From positions 1-52,294 of the forward strand of contig JBDTJR010000258.1 in the NCBI GenBank assembly GCA_039935735.1: DNA of 52,294 nucleotides, given 5' to 3'. Each line of letters starts with the position of its first letter. Position 1 is the first letter of the stretch. A program made the translations under genes and the position numbers. Under the pieces are notes generated by a model. The model was not told where the DNA came from. It worked only from the letters and a program-made list of their open reading frames with translations, and searched no databases. The DNA is from Chthoniobacterales bacterium. Its GTDB lineage: Bacteria > Verrucomicrobiota > Verrucomicrobiia > Chthoniobacterales > JBDTJR01. This document shows positions 29,616 through 39,593 of the stretch, piece after piece.

Positions 29616-31150
29616 GGAATAGTAATTTCCACGGTAGGTTTAGGATTACTCACATCAGCGCAATACCAGGTATCGACAGGGCGAATGGTCTGTGTCTTAA
29701 GAAGCTTTGGCGCAGCATTGGCTGCCGCTGCTGGCGCAAGCACACTCAGGGTATAGTCCGGCGCGGCCACGGGCTTTCCGTCGCGACCAATTCCCCAGGA
29801 ATTGACTAAAAGACAAACAAAGCTTCCGGGTAGAGGCGTCATGTCTCCGCGGACGGGTGCAGGAGAGTTGCGGACATTAGGATCGGCAGCACCTTCCGGT
29901 AATTTCCCGAGTTTCGTAGTCTTGATATCAACTTGCGCAGCCGAAGGAATCGTTCCCTTCAGTTTCACGATCACATAATCCATCGACTGCACCCATGGCA
30001 TCTCCGGCTCAGGACGAGGGCTTCCCGTGACCTTAACCTGACTTTGCTTGATATTACAGTTCAGTAGCGTCATGGAGGAGGCCAATAATTCCATGCCTAC
30101 ACTTTTTGCATCCGGATTATCCACATTCACACTCGTCATTTGCGTGATACTGCCATTAGCGTAAACAGCGGTTTTGCATTTCGCTATAGTGCCCTCCTCA
30201 ATAGAGCCGGTCATGCTGCTAAGCTGAATGCCATAGGTGCATTCGGAAACGGTATTGTTTTTCATCGTTCCATTGGGCCCTCTCCATATAATGCCTACGT
30301 TGCACTTTTCCACGCTGTTTCTCGTAGCAGTGCACTCTCCATACGCATTTATTCCTGTTTCGTAGGGACCTACGATTTTATTTTCACGAATATCCGCGAG
30401 CGGACAGTTCTGCACCAGCAATGCACAGGTCGGTGGACTGGTAGGGTGGCCTGTGAACGTGTTCTTAAGCACCGTGGGCGTATCACAACCCGATAAAGAA
30501 ATGACCGCCGTCTCCCTAAAGGAGTTTTGAAGGATATTCAGGCGTTCATTGGGCTTTGATCCGGTATTGTCAATACTCTCGGCCAATATCATAACATTAT
30601 TAAACTGCGCATTATGCAGGTCGATCATGGCCTGACCGGATGCTTGAATCGTCGATGTCGTGTAAGGAGGATTAATCACAACGGAATTAAACACGGCGTT
30701 ATAGCGGTTATCCGGAAGATCGGCGTGTCCCGCAACCGCAAGCGAACTGCCTTTTAAAAGACGGATAAATCGATTTTGGAGATCGGAAGAGGACATCTTC
30801 AATTCCATGTAATCCTTCTCATCTCCCGAAGCGTCCATTTTGATGGTGCCGTACGTTTCGATAACGCCCGCAACATTGAGAACGCGCTTGCCGCCGGCTT
30901 TAAAAATGAGCGCTCCATTGGGATCGATATAAAGAGAATCACAGGTCGCCTTATCACTGTCATCCCGATCAAAAACCACCGTGTCCCGTGTTGATATAAC
31001 GGCGGTATCCGTGGCAGTGGGAACCTTTTTTCCATTCCACGTGTTTGAATCGCTCCACGGACCGCCCCCCAGCCCATTGGAATGGATTTCCCCCGCAATC
31101 AGCGCGGAATTAAAAATCAATACCGGTATTAAAAGTTGATAAAATTTCAT
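29612..31150 (-). CDS. Secreted protein with a G8-like N-terminal domain and right-handed parallel beta-helix repeats
   Basis: Signal peptide; SNGLGGGPWSDSNTWNGKKVPTATDTAVI (G8-like); beta-helix-like repeats (IRENKI..., TRNSVEKCNVGI..., KNNTVSECTYGI). Confidence 0.65.
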   Translation of the reverse strand: MKFYQLLIPVLIFNSALIAGEIHSNGLGGGPWSDSNTWNGKKVPTATDTAVISTRDTVVFDRDDSDKATCDSLYIDPNGALIFKAGGKRVLNVAGVIETYGTIKMDASGDEKDYMELKMSSSDLQNRFIRLLKGSSLAVAGHADLPDNRYNAVFNSVVINPPYTTSTIQASGQAMIDLHNAQFNNVMILAESIDNTGSKPNERLNILQNSFRETAVISLSGCDTPTVLKNTFTGHPTSPPTCALLVQNCPLADIRENKIVGPYETGINAYGECTATRNSVEKCNVGIIWRGPNGTMKNNTVSECTYGIQLSSMTGSIEEGTIAKCKTAVYANGSITQMTSVNVDNPDAKSVGMELLASSMTLLNCNIKQSQVKVTGSPRPEPEMPWVQSMDYVIVKLKGTIPSAAQVDIKTTKLGKLPEGAADPNVRNSPAPVRGDMTPLPGSFVCLLVNSWGIGRDGKPVAAPDYTLSVLAPAAAANAAPKLLKTQTIRPVDTWYCADVSNPKPTVEITIP

Positions 31151-33888
31151 TGAGCCTCTCCGCCTTGAATAAAGCTGCGTCTGGAATCATTTTCACGATC
31201 GCTGACCGGTAATATTTTTAAACCATCGAACATTAAAGTCCCCTGTACCGTCGGAAAAGTCAGACTTAAAATACCATCCTGCGTTACTGGAGCTTTTATC
31301 AACGTGCCCGTTTTACGCCATTGCCCAAAAGTGCGATCGAGTGGCAACGTGACAGAGCCGTTGTCTGTATTATTTTCTCCGCGTTCTCCGAGAAGCGATA
31401 TTCTGACGGATGGAGTCGAGCTTCCCATCCAGTCGCGATACCAGAACTCCACCCAGTAATTTCCATTTACCGTCATGTTCTTGAGACGTTTAAAGTAACT
31501 GTATTCCCCAACTTTCGGATAGGGCTGCAAAAGCCCAACGCTGGGACCGACCATGCCCATCATCGGAACGAAATGGAAATTTTCGGTATGGCCAAGATTT
31601 TGATTTTCGCTGGCTTCAAATCCCGTTTCGAAACCTTTTGTACTCATGTCCGCTGCTTCCGCAGCATTATTTCTTCCATCGGTCGCCGCGCTTTTCTCCT
31701 CAACTCCCTTGCGGCGCGCAATACGCGCATCGATGCCTTTGCGGTAAGCCGCGAGTTTTTGTTTCTCGTAATACTCCGGATAGGATTTCTGAAGCGCATC
31801 AAGCCACTGGAGACTCTGCTCGTAATCCCCTTTTCGATAATAACAATCCGCAAGACCAAAAAAAGCGCGGTCGCGATAGCTCGCCCACTGCGTGAGCTTT
31901 ATCAAGACTTCGTAATTTCGAATAGCTTCCTCATAGCGTCCGGCCTGCCGGTCCGCCTCAGCACGTAAAAAGCGATACAGGCCATCAAGCTTTTGCTGGG
32001 GAAATTCGATCTCTATACGCTCCAGCATTTCGCGGCCCTGGCGCACATCGCCACTGGTGAGTTTTTGTTCCGCCACACGCAACAGGGTGCCTTGCTGTAT
32101 GGCATTCATGTTGCCGGTGGATTGAAATTTCGCCCCACCGAGATCCTGTGCCATGCGATAATGTTCCTCAGCCTGTGTCATGTCGCCCGTCTCTGCAAAA
32201 AGATCCCCCCAGTGAATCGCGGCCTCCCGGATTGCAGGAGTGCCAACTCCGCGGTGATCATTGATAAGTTTTTCGTATAGACGGCTCGCCTGCTCGAAAT
32301 CCTTCATGTTCACACGATAGATATCCGCTGCGGTAAGCATGACCTCGACCTGAAGACTTGGCAGCTTGCTGAACTCATTGAGCGCAGGGTCCATTAGCTT
32401 GATCGCCTCAGGCCCCTTGCCCTGCTCTGCGAGAGCTTTCATCAGCGTCGTGTAAAAAATAGCACGTCGCTGCGGATCTTTTCCGGGCTGGGCGATGAGA
32501 TAGCGGGCCAGTTTTTCCAAAAGCGGCCAACGGTCCGACTGCTCGCTGATTAAAAGAAAATCGAAGATCTCATTGATCTTTTGCTGATCCAGAGTGGTCC
32601 AATCCGTCTGCGAAAGAAGTTTTGTAGCGATGGCCAGCGAGAAGGGGCTTGTCATCACGGGAGCGGTATAGACGTAAATCGTGCGGGAATAAGGGAATGA
32701 GAAGGCGGGAGACTTGAGCGATGCTTTATATTCTCCCGGTGTGAAGTAAATGTGCTCCACCGACTTGCCCGTGCCCTTGGTTCCATCTCCAAAATCCCAA
32801 AGAAGCTGCGCGGGATCTTTTATTTCCCCCTGAGCCTCGAACTTCGCAAGATAAAGTGTCACACCGCTTGAGCTAAGAGTATCGTCAACTCCGAATGCAA
32901 ACGTCGGTATGGGAACCCGGCCCGCATTTTCCAGCCCCACCACCTGTGCCGATAACGCACGGACGTACGCTTCCTGTGGAACAAATGCCCATTGGTTCGG
33001 CCTTTTCATTTCAGGAGTGACCCATGAAAGCCCGGCATAGCCCTGCGCATCAGGACTATTCCCCATGATATGATGCACTTCAAAGGTATGCACTCCGGCT
33101 GTAAGCTCGATCGGCTTAAAAGGATCGTATTCCATTTTTCCGACCATGTGACGCCGCGTTCCCGTGGCTTCAAAAACCTTGTAGCCATCTATGAAAAGAA
33201 ATCCCGCGTCATCCGAGTTGAGGAAAAACTTATAAACTCCCGCCGTGGGGATATTGAGATAGCCACGATACGAGACCGCAAAATTTCTCGGATTATCCGG
33301 CCTGGCGGGGTTGTTTTTATGAACCACGAGAGAGACCACCGCATTCCCAGTGACGGTCGTGCTGAGCTTCAATCCTTTGACGATCGACTCCCAGCTATCG
33401 AGCACGTCGCCATCCCACCGGCGATATTCCGCGACGACCCCTTCTTTGGCGATCGGAGCTGCTGCGGCAGGGGCTCCATTTGGACACATAGCATACGCCC
33501 AGTAGTAAAGATCATCGCCGCTGCGTTGGAACTGCACAATGGTGTCGCCACCCGGCTGGCTTGAAAGAACCGCCGTCGGCAATGTCTGGCCGGCCTGGGA
33601 TTGCACAACGACATCGGAACCATCCGGACGAAGCCAGCCATTCGTAGGCAGTGACGCAAGCACAGACTTCGCATCCGGAAGATCCTTCATGCTGCCGACA
33701 ACCCGCAAAAGATAGCGCACTTGATAACCGGGAATCCAATTCGGAGCGTGAACGGAGGTAACTGTTTCCTCTTTCACCACATCATCCGCAAAACCATGCG
33801 GAAGCAATAAACAGCAGATGGCCGCCCCCACTATGTTGCGCAGGGTTTTAAAAATAATTCGATTACTGAAGGATCGCACAAAAGTCAT
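31147..33888 (-). CDS. Large secreted multidomain protein (DUF2341-like, PA14-like, PKD, TPR and CBM-like regions)
   Basis: Signal peptide; LRPDGSDVVV; PA14-like YRGYLNIPTAGVYKFFLNSDDAGFLFIDG; PKD WDFGDG...HIYFTPGEY; TPR helices; C-terminal WVEFWYR...QWRK. Start taken at MTFVRS (33888). Confidence 0.7.
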   Translation of the reverse strand: MTFVRSFSNRIIFKTLRNIVGAAICCLLLPHGFADDVVKEETVTSVHAPNWIPGYQVRYLLRVVGSMKDLPDAKSVLASLPTNGWLRPDGSDVVVQSQAGQTLPTAVLSSQPGGDTIVQFQRSGDDLYYWAYAMCPNGAPAAAAPIAKEGVVAEYRRWDGDVLDSWESIVKGLKLSTTVTGNAVVSLVVHKNNPARPDNPRNFAVSYRGYLNIPTAGVYKFFLNSDDAGFLFIDGYKVFEATGTRRHMVGKMEYDPFKPIELTAGVHTFEVHHIMGNSPDAQGYAGLSWVTPEMKRPNQWAFVPQEAYVRALSAQVVGLENAGRVPIPTFAFGVDDTLSSSGVTLYLAKFEAQGEIKDPAQLLWDFGDGTKGTGKSVEHIYFTPGEYKASLKSPAFSFPYSRTIYVYTAPVMTSPFSLAIATKLLSQTDWTTLDQQKINEIFDFLLISEQSDRWPLLEKLARYLIAQPGKDPQRRAIFYTTLMKALAEQGKGPEAIKLMDPALNEFSKLPSLQVEVMLTAADIYRVNMKDFEQASRLYEKLINDHRGVGTPAIREAAIHWGDLFAETGDMTQAEEHYRMAQDLGGAKFQSTGNMNAIQQGTLLRVAEQKLTSGDVRQGREMLERIEIEFPQQKLDGLYRFLRAEADRQAGRYEEAIRNYEVLIKLTQWASYRDRAFFGLADCYYRKGDYEQSLQWLDALQKSYPEYYEKQKLAAYRKGIDARIARRKGVEEKSAATDGRNNAAEAADMSTKGFETGFEASENQNLGHTENFHFVPMMGMVGPSVGLLQPYPKVGEYSYFKRLKNMTVNGNYWVEFWYRDWMGSSTPSVRISLLGERGENNTDNGSVTLPLDRTFGQWRKTGTLIKAPVTQDGILSLTFPTVQGTLMFDGLKILPVSDRENDSRRSFIQGGEAQ

Positions 33889-33895
33889 AAAAACA

Positions 33896-34537
33896 TTACT
33901 GGGGTTCATACGTGACGCGAAGCTCCCAGTCATAAGGGGGCATACTCACTGGAGCACTCATGAGGATATAGGCATCGGGATCTTCCACCGTTACGAGCCA
34001 ACCGTAATTCGGTGCCGCACCGGTATACCAAAGCTCGACATCTTCCGTTACATTGACCGTTATCGGACCATTCTGCTGTACGGTGATAATCGCGCTGGGT
34101 TTGGTGGCGCGATCGGATGAATTTCCCCTCGCCCCCGGCACGGCCCACGTGAGTGCCTTCGGTCTTAACATACGATACTGGTAGTTTACACCCGGGCCCC
34201 ACTCCGCCGTGATACGCCAGAAAAAGAGCCGCGTTCCTGCCGAGGCCTGGCCAATGGCCATAGTCCACTCCGCATTCGTGATATGCTGGCCCTTGGGAAT
34301 TTTATCCAGCGCATACCGGATCAAAAAGCTGTGCTCGCTGGTGGGGTGAAGGGGATTGACTCTAAAAATACCCTTTCCGTCATCATGCGAGGCCCAGCTG
34401 TGCCGAGGCCCTTCCGCCACGATCGCCGCCATCATATCGCAATCGACAAATTTCAACGCCATGGTACGACCGAAAGCGTGCGGCGCAAAAAGCAAAAGAG
34501 AAGCCAGCGCACTAAATGCGATCCACTTGTTTTTCAT
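33896..34537 (-). CDS. Secreted DNRLRE-like domain protein
   Basis: Signal peptide; FLIRYALDKIPKGQHITNA, W..PGA and NVTEDVELW...PNYGWLV resemble DNRLRE (CBM96-like) domains. Confidence 0.65.
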   Translation of the reverse strand: MKNKWIAFSALASLLLFAPHAFGRTMALKFVDCDMMAAIVAEGPRHSWASHDDGKGIFRVNPLHPTSEHSFLIRYALDKIPKGQHITNAEWTMAIGQASAGTRLFFWRITAEWGPGVNYQYRMLRPKALTWAVPGARGNSSDRATKPSAIITVQQNGPITVNVTEDVELWYTGAAPNYGWLVTVEDPDAYILMSAPVSMPPYDWELRVTYEPQ

Positions 34538-35697
34538 TTCAACGCCTCCACAGGGACATACAAGCGATCCAGTTTTTCTGAGTAAGCCATTGCTTTTACC
34601 GTTGGGTTAGTCAGCGCGGTTTGTTCCATTTCAGGGGTAAGGCGGCCATTCGCATCAAGCTTCAGCGCATATACGGTATTTACGGCCCCCACCGCGACCT
34701 TACCCTGCTTACTCATTACGACAGGGAGACTCGTCAAGACAGTAGGCAATGATGCCAGCTGAGGAAGGAGTGTCAGAAACCCGTCCACGTGCTCCATGGA
34801 AAAAAGATAACCGGTGTTAATACCCACCATATAAACATAAGGATACCTGGGATTACTGGTCACGCCACACAGCGCGATATTATGCAGATAGTAATTACTG
34901 GCATTCACACGGCGGTTTTCAAACTCCCACACCGTTGGACCTCCATGCACTCCGAATACCACGGCATCTTTGCTCGCAGCGGCAAAACCGATGCCGGCAT
35001 TAACGACAAGAGGAGCGACCATTTTCGGAGTCAAAACCGTCTGACCCGGAATCTTCGCGGGCATCCCCTGCACATCAAGGCGATAAAATCCCGCCGCAGC
35101 GGTGGCATTAGGATTAGGAATACTCTTGTCCTGAAGATTTGGCAGGAATATCCGCTGATTGATCGCATCAACAAGAATCGCGCCATTAAGTTTTTTGTAA
35201 GCGAACTGTGGGCCGCGGGCTGCGCTCTGGACTAACTGAAGCGCTCCGTCCGCCCTCACACTAAAGATGAGCAAGTGATCAAACTCATTATAAACAGGAT
35301 TTTTTGCAGGATCTCCCGTATCCGCGGGCCCGTCAATATCCTGCCACACATACAGGAGCGGAAGTTGCGGATGAAACGCCATGCTGAGCGGATAGCGGTT
35401 AATCGCCTGAAGCGCTGGCGAAGTGGGAAGCGCGACCTCAGCGGTGGGAACACCCGAGGGAGTTCCGCTGGCATCCAGGGTAAAGATGGAAAGATTCGTC
35501 CCTTTGACGGTCTTATGCCCGACTACAAGAAGAGGCTGTGTCTCGCTCACCGCCGCACACAGCGCACCGGGAGACACCACCTGAACAAGGTTAGCCACCT
35601 GAACGGCCGACATTGGTACAGTAAACTCTCTCGGCGCTGCAACACAAGGCAAGGCGCCGATTCCCAGACAAAGGAACAGAAGCAAATGGCGACTCAT
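34534..35697 (-). CDS. Secreted hypothetical protein, probable beta-propeller
   Basis: Signal peptide; lactonase-propeller-like segments LSIFTLDASG, PLSMAFHPQLPLLYV and LLIFSVRADGAL. Translationally coupled at both ends. Confidence 0.6.
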   Translation of the reverse strand: MSRHLLLFLCLGIGALPCVAAPREFTVPMSAVQVANLVQVVSPGALCAAVSETQPLLVVGHKTVKGTNLSIFTLDASGTPSGVPTAEVALPTSPALQAINRYPLSMAFHPQLPLLYVWQDIDGPADTGDPAKNPVYNEFDHLLIFSVRADGALQLVQSAARGPQFAYKKLNGAILVDAINQRIFLPNLQDKSIPNPNATAAAGFYRLDVQGMPAKIPGQTVLTPKMVAPLVVNAGIGFAAASKDAVVFGVHGGPTVWEFENRRVNASNYYLHNIALCGVTSNPRYPYVYMVGINTGYLFSMEHVDGFLTLLPQLASLPTVLTSLPVVMSKQGKVAVGAVNTVYALKLDANGRLTPEMEQTALTNPTVKAMAYSEKLDRLYVPVEALK

Positions 35698-38600
35698 TGT
35701 GTAGTGAGCGTCTCGTAATAACGACTGACTGCTTTTTGATACCCCGGATTTGTATGCGAGGGAGGTTCATCCATCACACGGCCCTGGACGGCCTGATTGC
35801 GAGGAACACTGGGTTGGTTATTGGAAACTGCACGACCGAAGACCATTGCCTCAGTGCGCAGCTGATTAAGAATCTGCTCCTGCTCTTTAAAAAAATCCGC
35901 ATCGGGACTCTCCTTCATCTTTTCCAAATTCGCCACGAGTTGTTTACTTAATTCATCCAGCCGTTCGGTGGGAAGATAAAGGTCTTTGAATTCTTTTTTC
36001 AAGGCATTCACGCGTTCGATTATCTGGTCCTGGCTGCCTTTTAAATCACGCAACATTGCGGCAACCTTGGGATCAAGCTGCCCGGCACGGTCAATCTGTT
36101 TCACCTTTTTCTGAGCGGCACCCATATTCTTGGTATCCACTTTTTCATCAAACTGTCCGCGGTTGCTGTCGCTGAACTGCGTGTTATCCGAGTTCACCTT
36201 CTTACCGCCACGACCTTCAGATACCCCTTTTTGCTCATCATTGGTATGCTGCTCTTTCATCGCCTTGCCACCCTGTTCATTAATATTTTCATCCCCTTCC
36301 AGTGTCTCGTCGCGTCCGCGCATATCGGGTGCGGTGTCACCCACTGCCAGACCGTTGGCCCGGGAGCCCTGGCGACCAATACCGGAAGCACCCCCGGAGT
36401 TTTCCCCGGGAGGTTTTTGATTTCCCGTTTTTTGGGAAGCTCCCGTAGAATTAATTTTACCGCCGGATTTTCCAATGGCACCGACGTCCTGGTCGACTTC
36501 ATTCGAAGTGGCATTCAAGGTCTGGTATTTTTCGCTAACTTTTTCCGCTTCATCCAGCAAATCACCCACCACATCTTCAAGTTTGTCCGGCAGACTGGAT
36601 ATGTTTACGGCATTCTTCTTGACGTCTTGAAGGACCATATTTTCTTTCTCAGCCATCGCTTCGGTCATCAGTTTGTACTGATCCGCCTTGGGACCTTCCC
36701 CACCACCGTGATCGCCGCTAAGGTAGTTTTTCAAAGCGTCGGCATAGGAGGGATCTTCTTTATCCTCGCCGCCTTTGGCGTGCTCCAGCTTTCCTTTATT
36801 TGCAGACCCCAGTGTTTTGATTAAGGACTGAACATTTTTATCATCTAATGCCATAGCGGGGCCGATATCAGTTTGATCGCCAGGCTTCATGGCCTGCGCA
36901 TCCTTGGCGTTACTTTTTTTCTCCTCCTGGGCTTTTGTGACTGCGCGTTGCGCCGCATCAAGCGTGGATTTTTTAAGGAGATCATAAATATTATTTAATC
37001 CCTCTGCGGCCTTTGCCTGCCTGGGTGCCGCGTCCGTCCAATGGCCTGCAGTAATATCCGCAATCGCCTGCTGCATCTGGGTCTTCAACCCGCTGCTGTC
37101 AAAATTGCCGGATGCCTCGGTGTATGCTTTTCCCAGCGTCCCTTCCTTCGCAGTTATCCGCGCTCCGATGTCCTTGACTGCCACTTGCACGAGTCCGCTG
37201 AGTTGAAGAAGCTTTGTCTGGCGCTGTGCGGTGGTGCGTTGAAGAGCCTCTGCGGATTTTGCCTCTGGTGGTTTGTCTTTATAACCCGCAGCTTCGGCGC
37301 CGAGCGAAGTCTCCCGATTCGCAAGCATCTTTATAAACGGCATCATGTTTGCCAACTCCCAGTCCTGACGGATTTTTGTATATTGCTCGCTGATCTCATT
37401 CAGGCTGCGGATGCACCGCTCCATCGTGATCCGTGCATCCAAAAGCGCGGCATGTTTATCCTGCGGCGTATCACGCGCAGGCACTGCATCAAGAATACGC
37501 TCGGTGCGAGGGACCTCTGTATCCGCAAGCAGTCCCAAAGGGAGGCGAAGACTGGATGCCTGATCGACGAGATCCCGCGCGGTGCGTCCCATGCTTTTAT
37601 GGAAATCTTCCTGCATCCGTGTTTGTTCACGCATCGCCGTTGATAAACCGTCGAGGTTTTTTTTATCATCCCACCGCAGGCCCGAAGCGGGATCGAGTTT
37701 TTGAATCCATTCATTGGCTTTGGTTACGGCCTGGTTTTCTGTGACTATAAGCTGCCTGATATCCGCTTCGGATTTTAAAATATGCTCGTAAAGCACCTGT
37801 AAAGCCACTCCTTCACCGCCGATAAGAAGGGTATATGTTTCACCGGAGGTCCAATGGTCGCCCTTTAGAGGGTCATTGTCCCTGCCTCGCGCACTGATCT
37901 CGATCTGGTCTCCTTCGGCGACATTCAGAGTCGCTATGGGAAGGGTATAGTCCATCTGGAATGTCCGAGCCGCATTGGCAACGGGCCATACCTTCACCTC
38001 CTGCCAGTTATCTTCATCCGTCTGAGGTTTATTGGATGCAGCAGGTGAAGCGACCGGAGGCGCTGCCGCTGGAGAAGCTGAGGGAGGAGCCGCCGCAGCG
38101 GGTGCCGCTGCCGTATCGGGAATTCCCGATGAAGTCTTGTGGAAAAAGATGCCCACTTGAGATAACCCGTAATCGTCCTCACCGGATACTTTTAATGCCA
38201 ATGCCGCGGCGATCTGAACTTCATTCTGCCGATCCAGTCCCATAAGGGTAATGGTCGGGGCCTGATCGGCCAATGTCCGAAGGCCATACGTGGCGGTCTT
38301 TCGCGCGGCATTACTTCCGCTCTGCGTCTCGATCTGATAGCCCAGCACATCCTGGAATAAAATTTCGCCTGTAAATTCTGCCGGTCCGGTCTTTTTCAAC
38401 TCGATGCGGCGGATAGCCGAAGTGCTCGAAGAGGCGGTAGTGGTTGGCTTGGCATCCGCCGCCTTCCCGCCTGCATCCGCACTCGTTTTAGGAACTTCCG
38501 GCGCAGGCGACGCAATCTGGTTCAAAAGCAACGTGGCGCGATCCGCAGGCTGATCGAGCACAAAAGTCAGCGTCGCATGCGTTCCATAAAGCGCTTCGAT

Positions 38601-39593
38601 ATCACCGCCAGCGCTCTCTAGATTCTGATCGGGTAGCTTGGTGTAATCCGGGAAATGATTATGAATGCGCACCAGATTGATCAGAGGCGGCGTTGGAATA
38701 TCAATCTGATAAGGCGTGCTCGAGAAATCCCCGCCATCCACAATATAGCTCAACGACCGCTGAAGATTCTTAAAGGTATAGGGTACCGAAGTTGCCTTGG
38801 CGGGCACGGCGATCGTTTCCGAGGAACGTGTTTCTCCCACAATGCGCCGTATGGTGATCTCGGAAGGAATCTCGCCTTTAATCCCGATCTGGATTTTTAC
38901 ATCTCCACCCGGCACAGACTGCACATTCCCGGGCGTAACCGTAAGAACCGTGCGATAAATCGGCGCCACGGTGGAAAAAGGATTCATGATCCGAATGGCA
39001 CTGCTGGTGAAAATCTGCCGCTTCAAGGTCCAAAAACCCAATCCGATAATGATAATGAAACTGGCAATCATCATCCGGATAAATGCGGGACGAAACTTCC
39101 CAGCCTGCTGGATCTCGATGCTTTTCAGGCGCTGGTAGTTTTCCTGAATTAGCGCCTGATTAAGCGCCGAGTTTGTCGCATTTCCCTCCCTCGCGATTTG
39201 AATCGCGTTAATAAGACGGTTTTGGACGCCCCCTGGCGTGCCTTTTTCCATGGCCAGAGCCACCTGATCCTCCGTGAATCGGGCCTGCCACCATTGGCGC
39301 ATAAGATACGCGCCAAATCCGGCCACCGCTCCCAAAAATATGATACACGCCGTAATGCGACCCCATGTAGGCAGGTGGACGACATTATCCAGTAAAACGA
39401 CGAGGAGGAAATAGCCTAGAGGGATCGCAATCGCCAAACCAAGGGCTTCGAATATAATGAGGCGCTTCCACCGGCGCGTATTGCGGCTAATCAATTTACG
39501 CAGCTGCACTACCAAATCATTGGTGGGCGGTGAAGCGGCAACTTTAACCCCTGCGTCTTTGGCACGGGGGGACGTTACGATGGATTTAGCCAT
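35694..39593 (-). CDS. Large membrane-anchored coiled-coil protein (DUF4175-like), 1299 aa
   Basis: Three N-terminal TM helices with VQNRLINAIQ, Ig-like domains (VTPGN, PDYTKLP, DQAPTI, DDYGL), long helical region and C-terminal PGYQKAVSRYYETL. Confidence 0.75.
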   Translation of the reverse strand: MAKSIVTSPRAKDAGVKVAASPPTNDLVVQLRKLISRNTRRWKRLIIFEALGLAIAIPLGYFLLVVLLDNVVHLPTWGRITACIIFLGAVAGFGAYLMRQWWQARFTEDQVALAMEKGTPGGVQNRLINAIQIAREGNATNSALNQALIQENYQRLKSIEIQQAGKFRPAFIRMMIASFIIIIGLGFWTLKRQIFTSSAIRIMNPFSTVAPIYRTVLTVTPGNVQSVPGGDVKIQIGIKGEIPSEITIRRIVGETRSSETIAVPAKATSVPYTFKNLQRSLSYIVDGGDFSSTPYQIDIPTPPLINLVRIHNHFPDYTKLPDQNLESAGGDIEALYGTHATLTFVLDQPADRATLLLNQIASPAPEVPKTSADAGGKAADAKPTTTASSSTSAIRRIELKKTGPAEFTGEILFQDVLGYQIETQSGSNAARKTATYGLRTLADQAPTITLMGLDRQNEVQIAAALALKVSGEDDYGLSQVGIFFHKTSSGIPDTAAAPAAAAPPSASPAAAPPVASPAASNKPQTDEDNWQEVKVWPVANAARTFQMDYTLPIATLNVAEGDQIEISARGRDNDPLKGDHWTSGETYTLLIGGEGVALQVLYEHILKSEADIRQLIVTENQAVTKANEWIQKLDPASGLRWDDKKNLDGLSTAMREQTRMQEDFHKSMGRTARDLVDQASSLRLPLGLLADTEVPRTERILDAVPARDTPQDKHAALLDARITMERCIRSLNEISEQYTKIRQDWELANMMPFIKMLANRETSLGAEAAGYKDKPPEAKSAEALQRTTAQRQTKLLQLSGLVQVAVKDIGARITAKEGTLGKAYTEASGNFDSSGLKTQMQQAIADITAGHWTDAAPRQAKAAEGLNNIYDLLKKSTLDAAQRAVTKAQEEKKSNAKDAQAMKPGDQTDIGPAMALDDKNVQSLIKTLGSANKGKLEHAKGGEDKEDPSYADALKNYLSGDHGGGEGPKADQYKLMTEAMAEKENMVLQDVKKNAVNISSLPDKLEDVVGDLLDEAEKVSEKYQTLNATSNEVDQDVGAIGKSGGKINSTGASQKTGNQKPPGENSGGASGIGRQGSRANGLAVGDTAPDMRGRDETLEGDENINEQGGKAMKEQHTNDEQKGVSEGRGGKKVNSDNTQFSDSNRGQFDEKVDTKNMGAAQKKVKQIDRAGQLDPKVAAMLRDLKGSQDQIIERVNALKKEFKDLYLPTERLDELSKQLVANLEKMKESPDADFFKEQEQILNQLRTEAMVFGRAVSNNQPSVPRNQAVQGRVMDEPPSHTNPGYQKAVSRYYETLTTQ

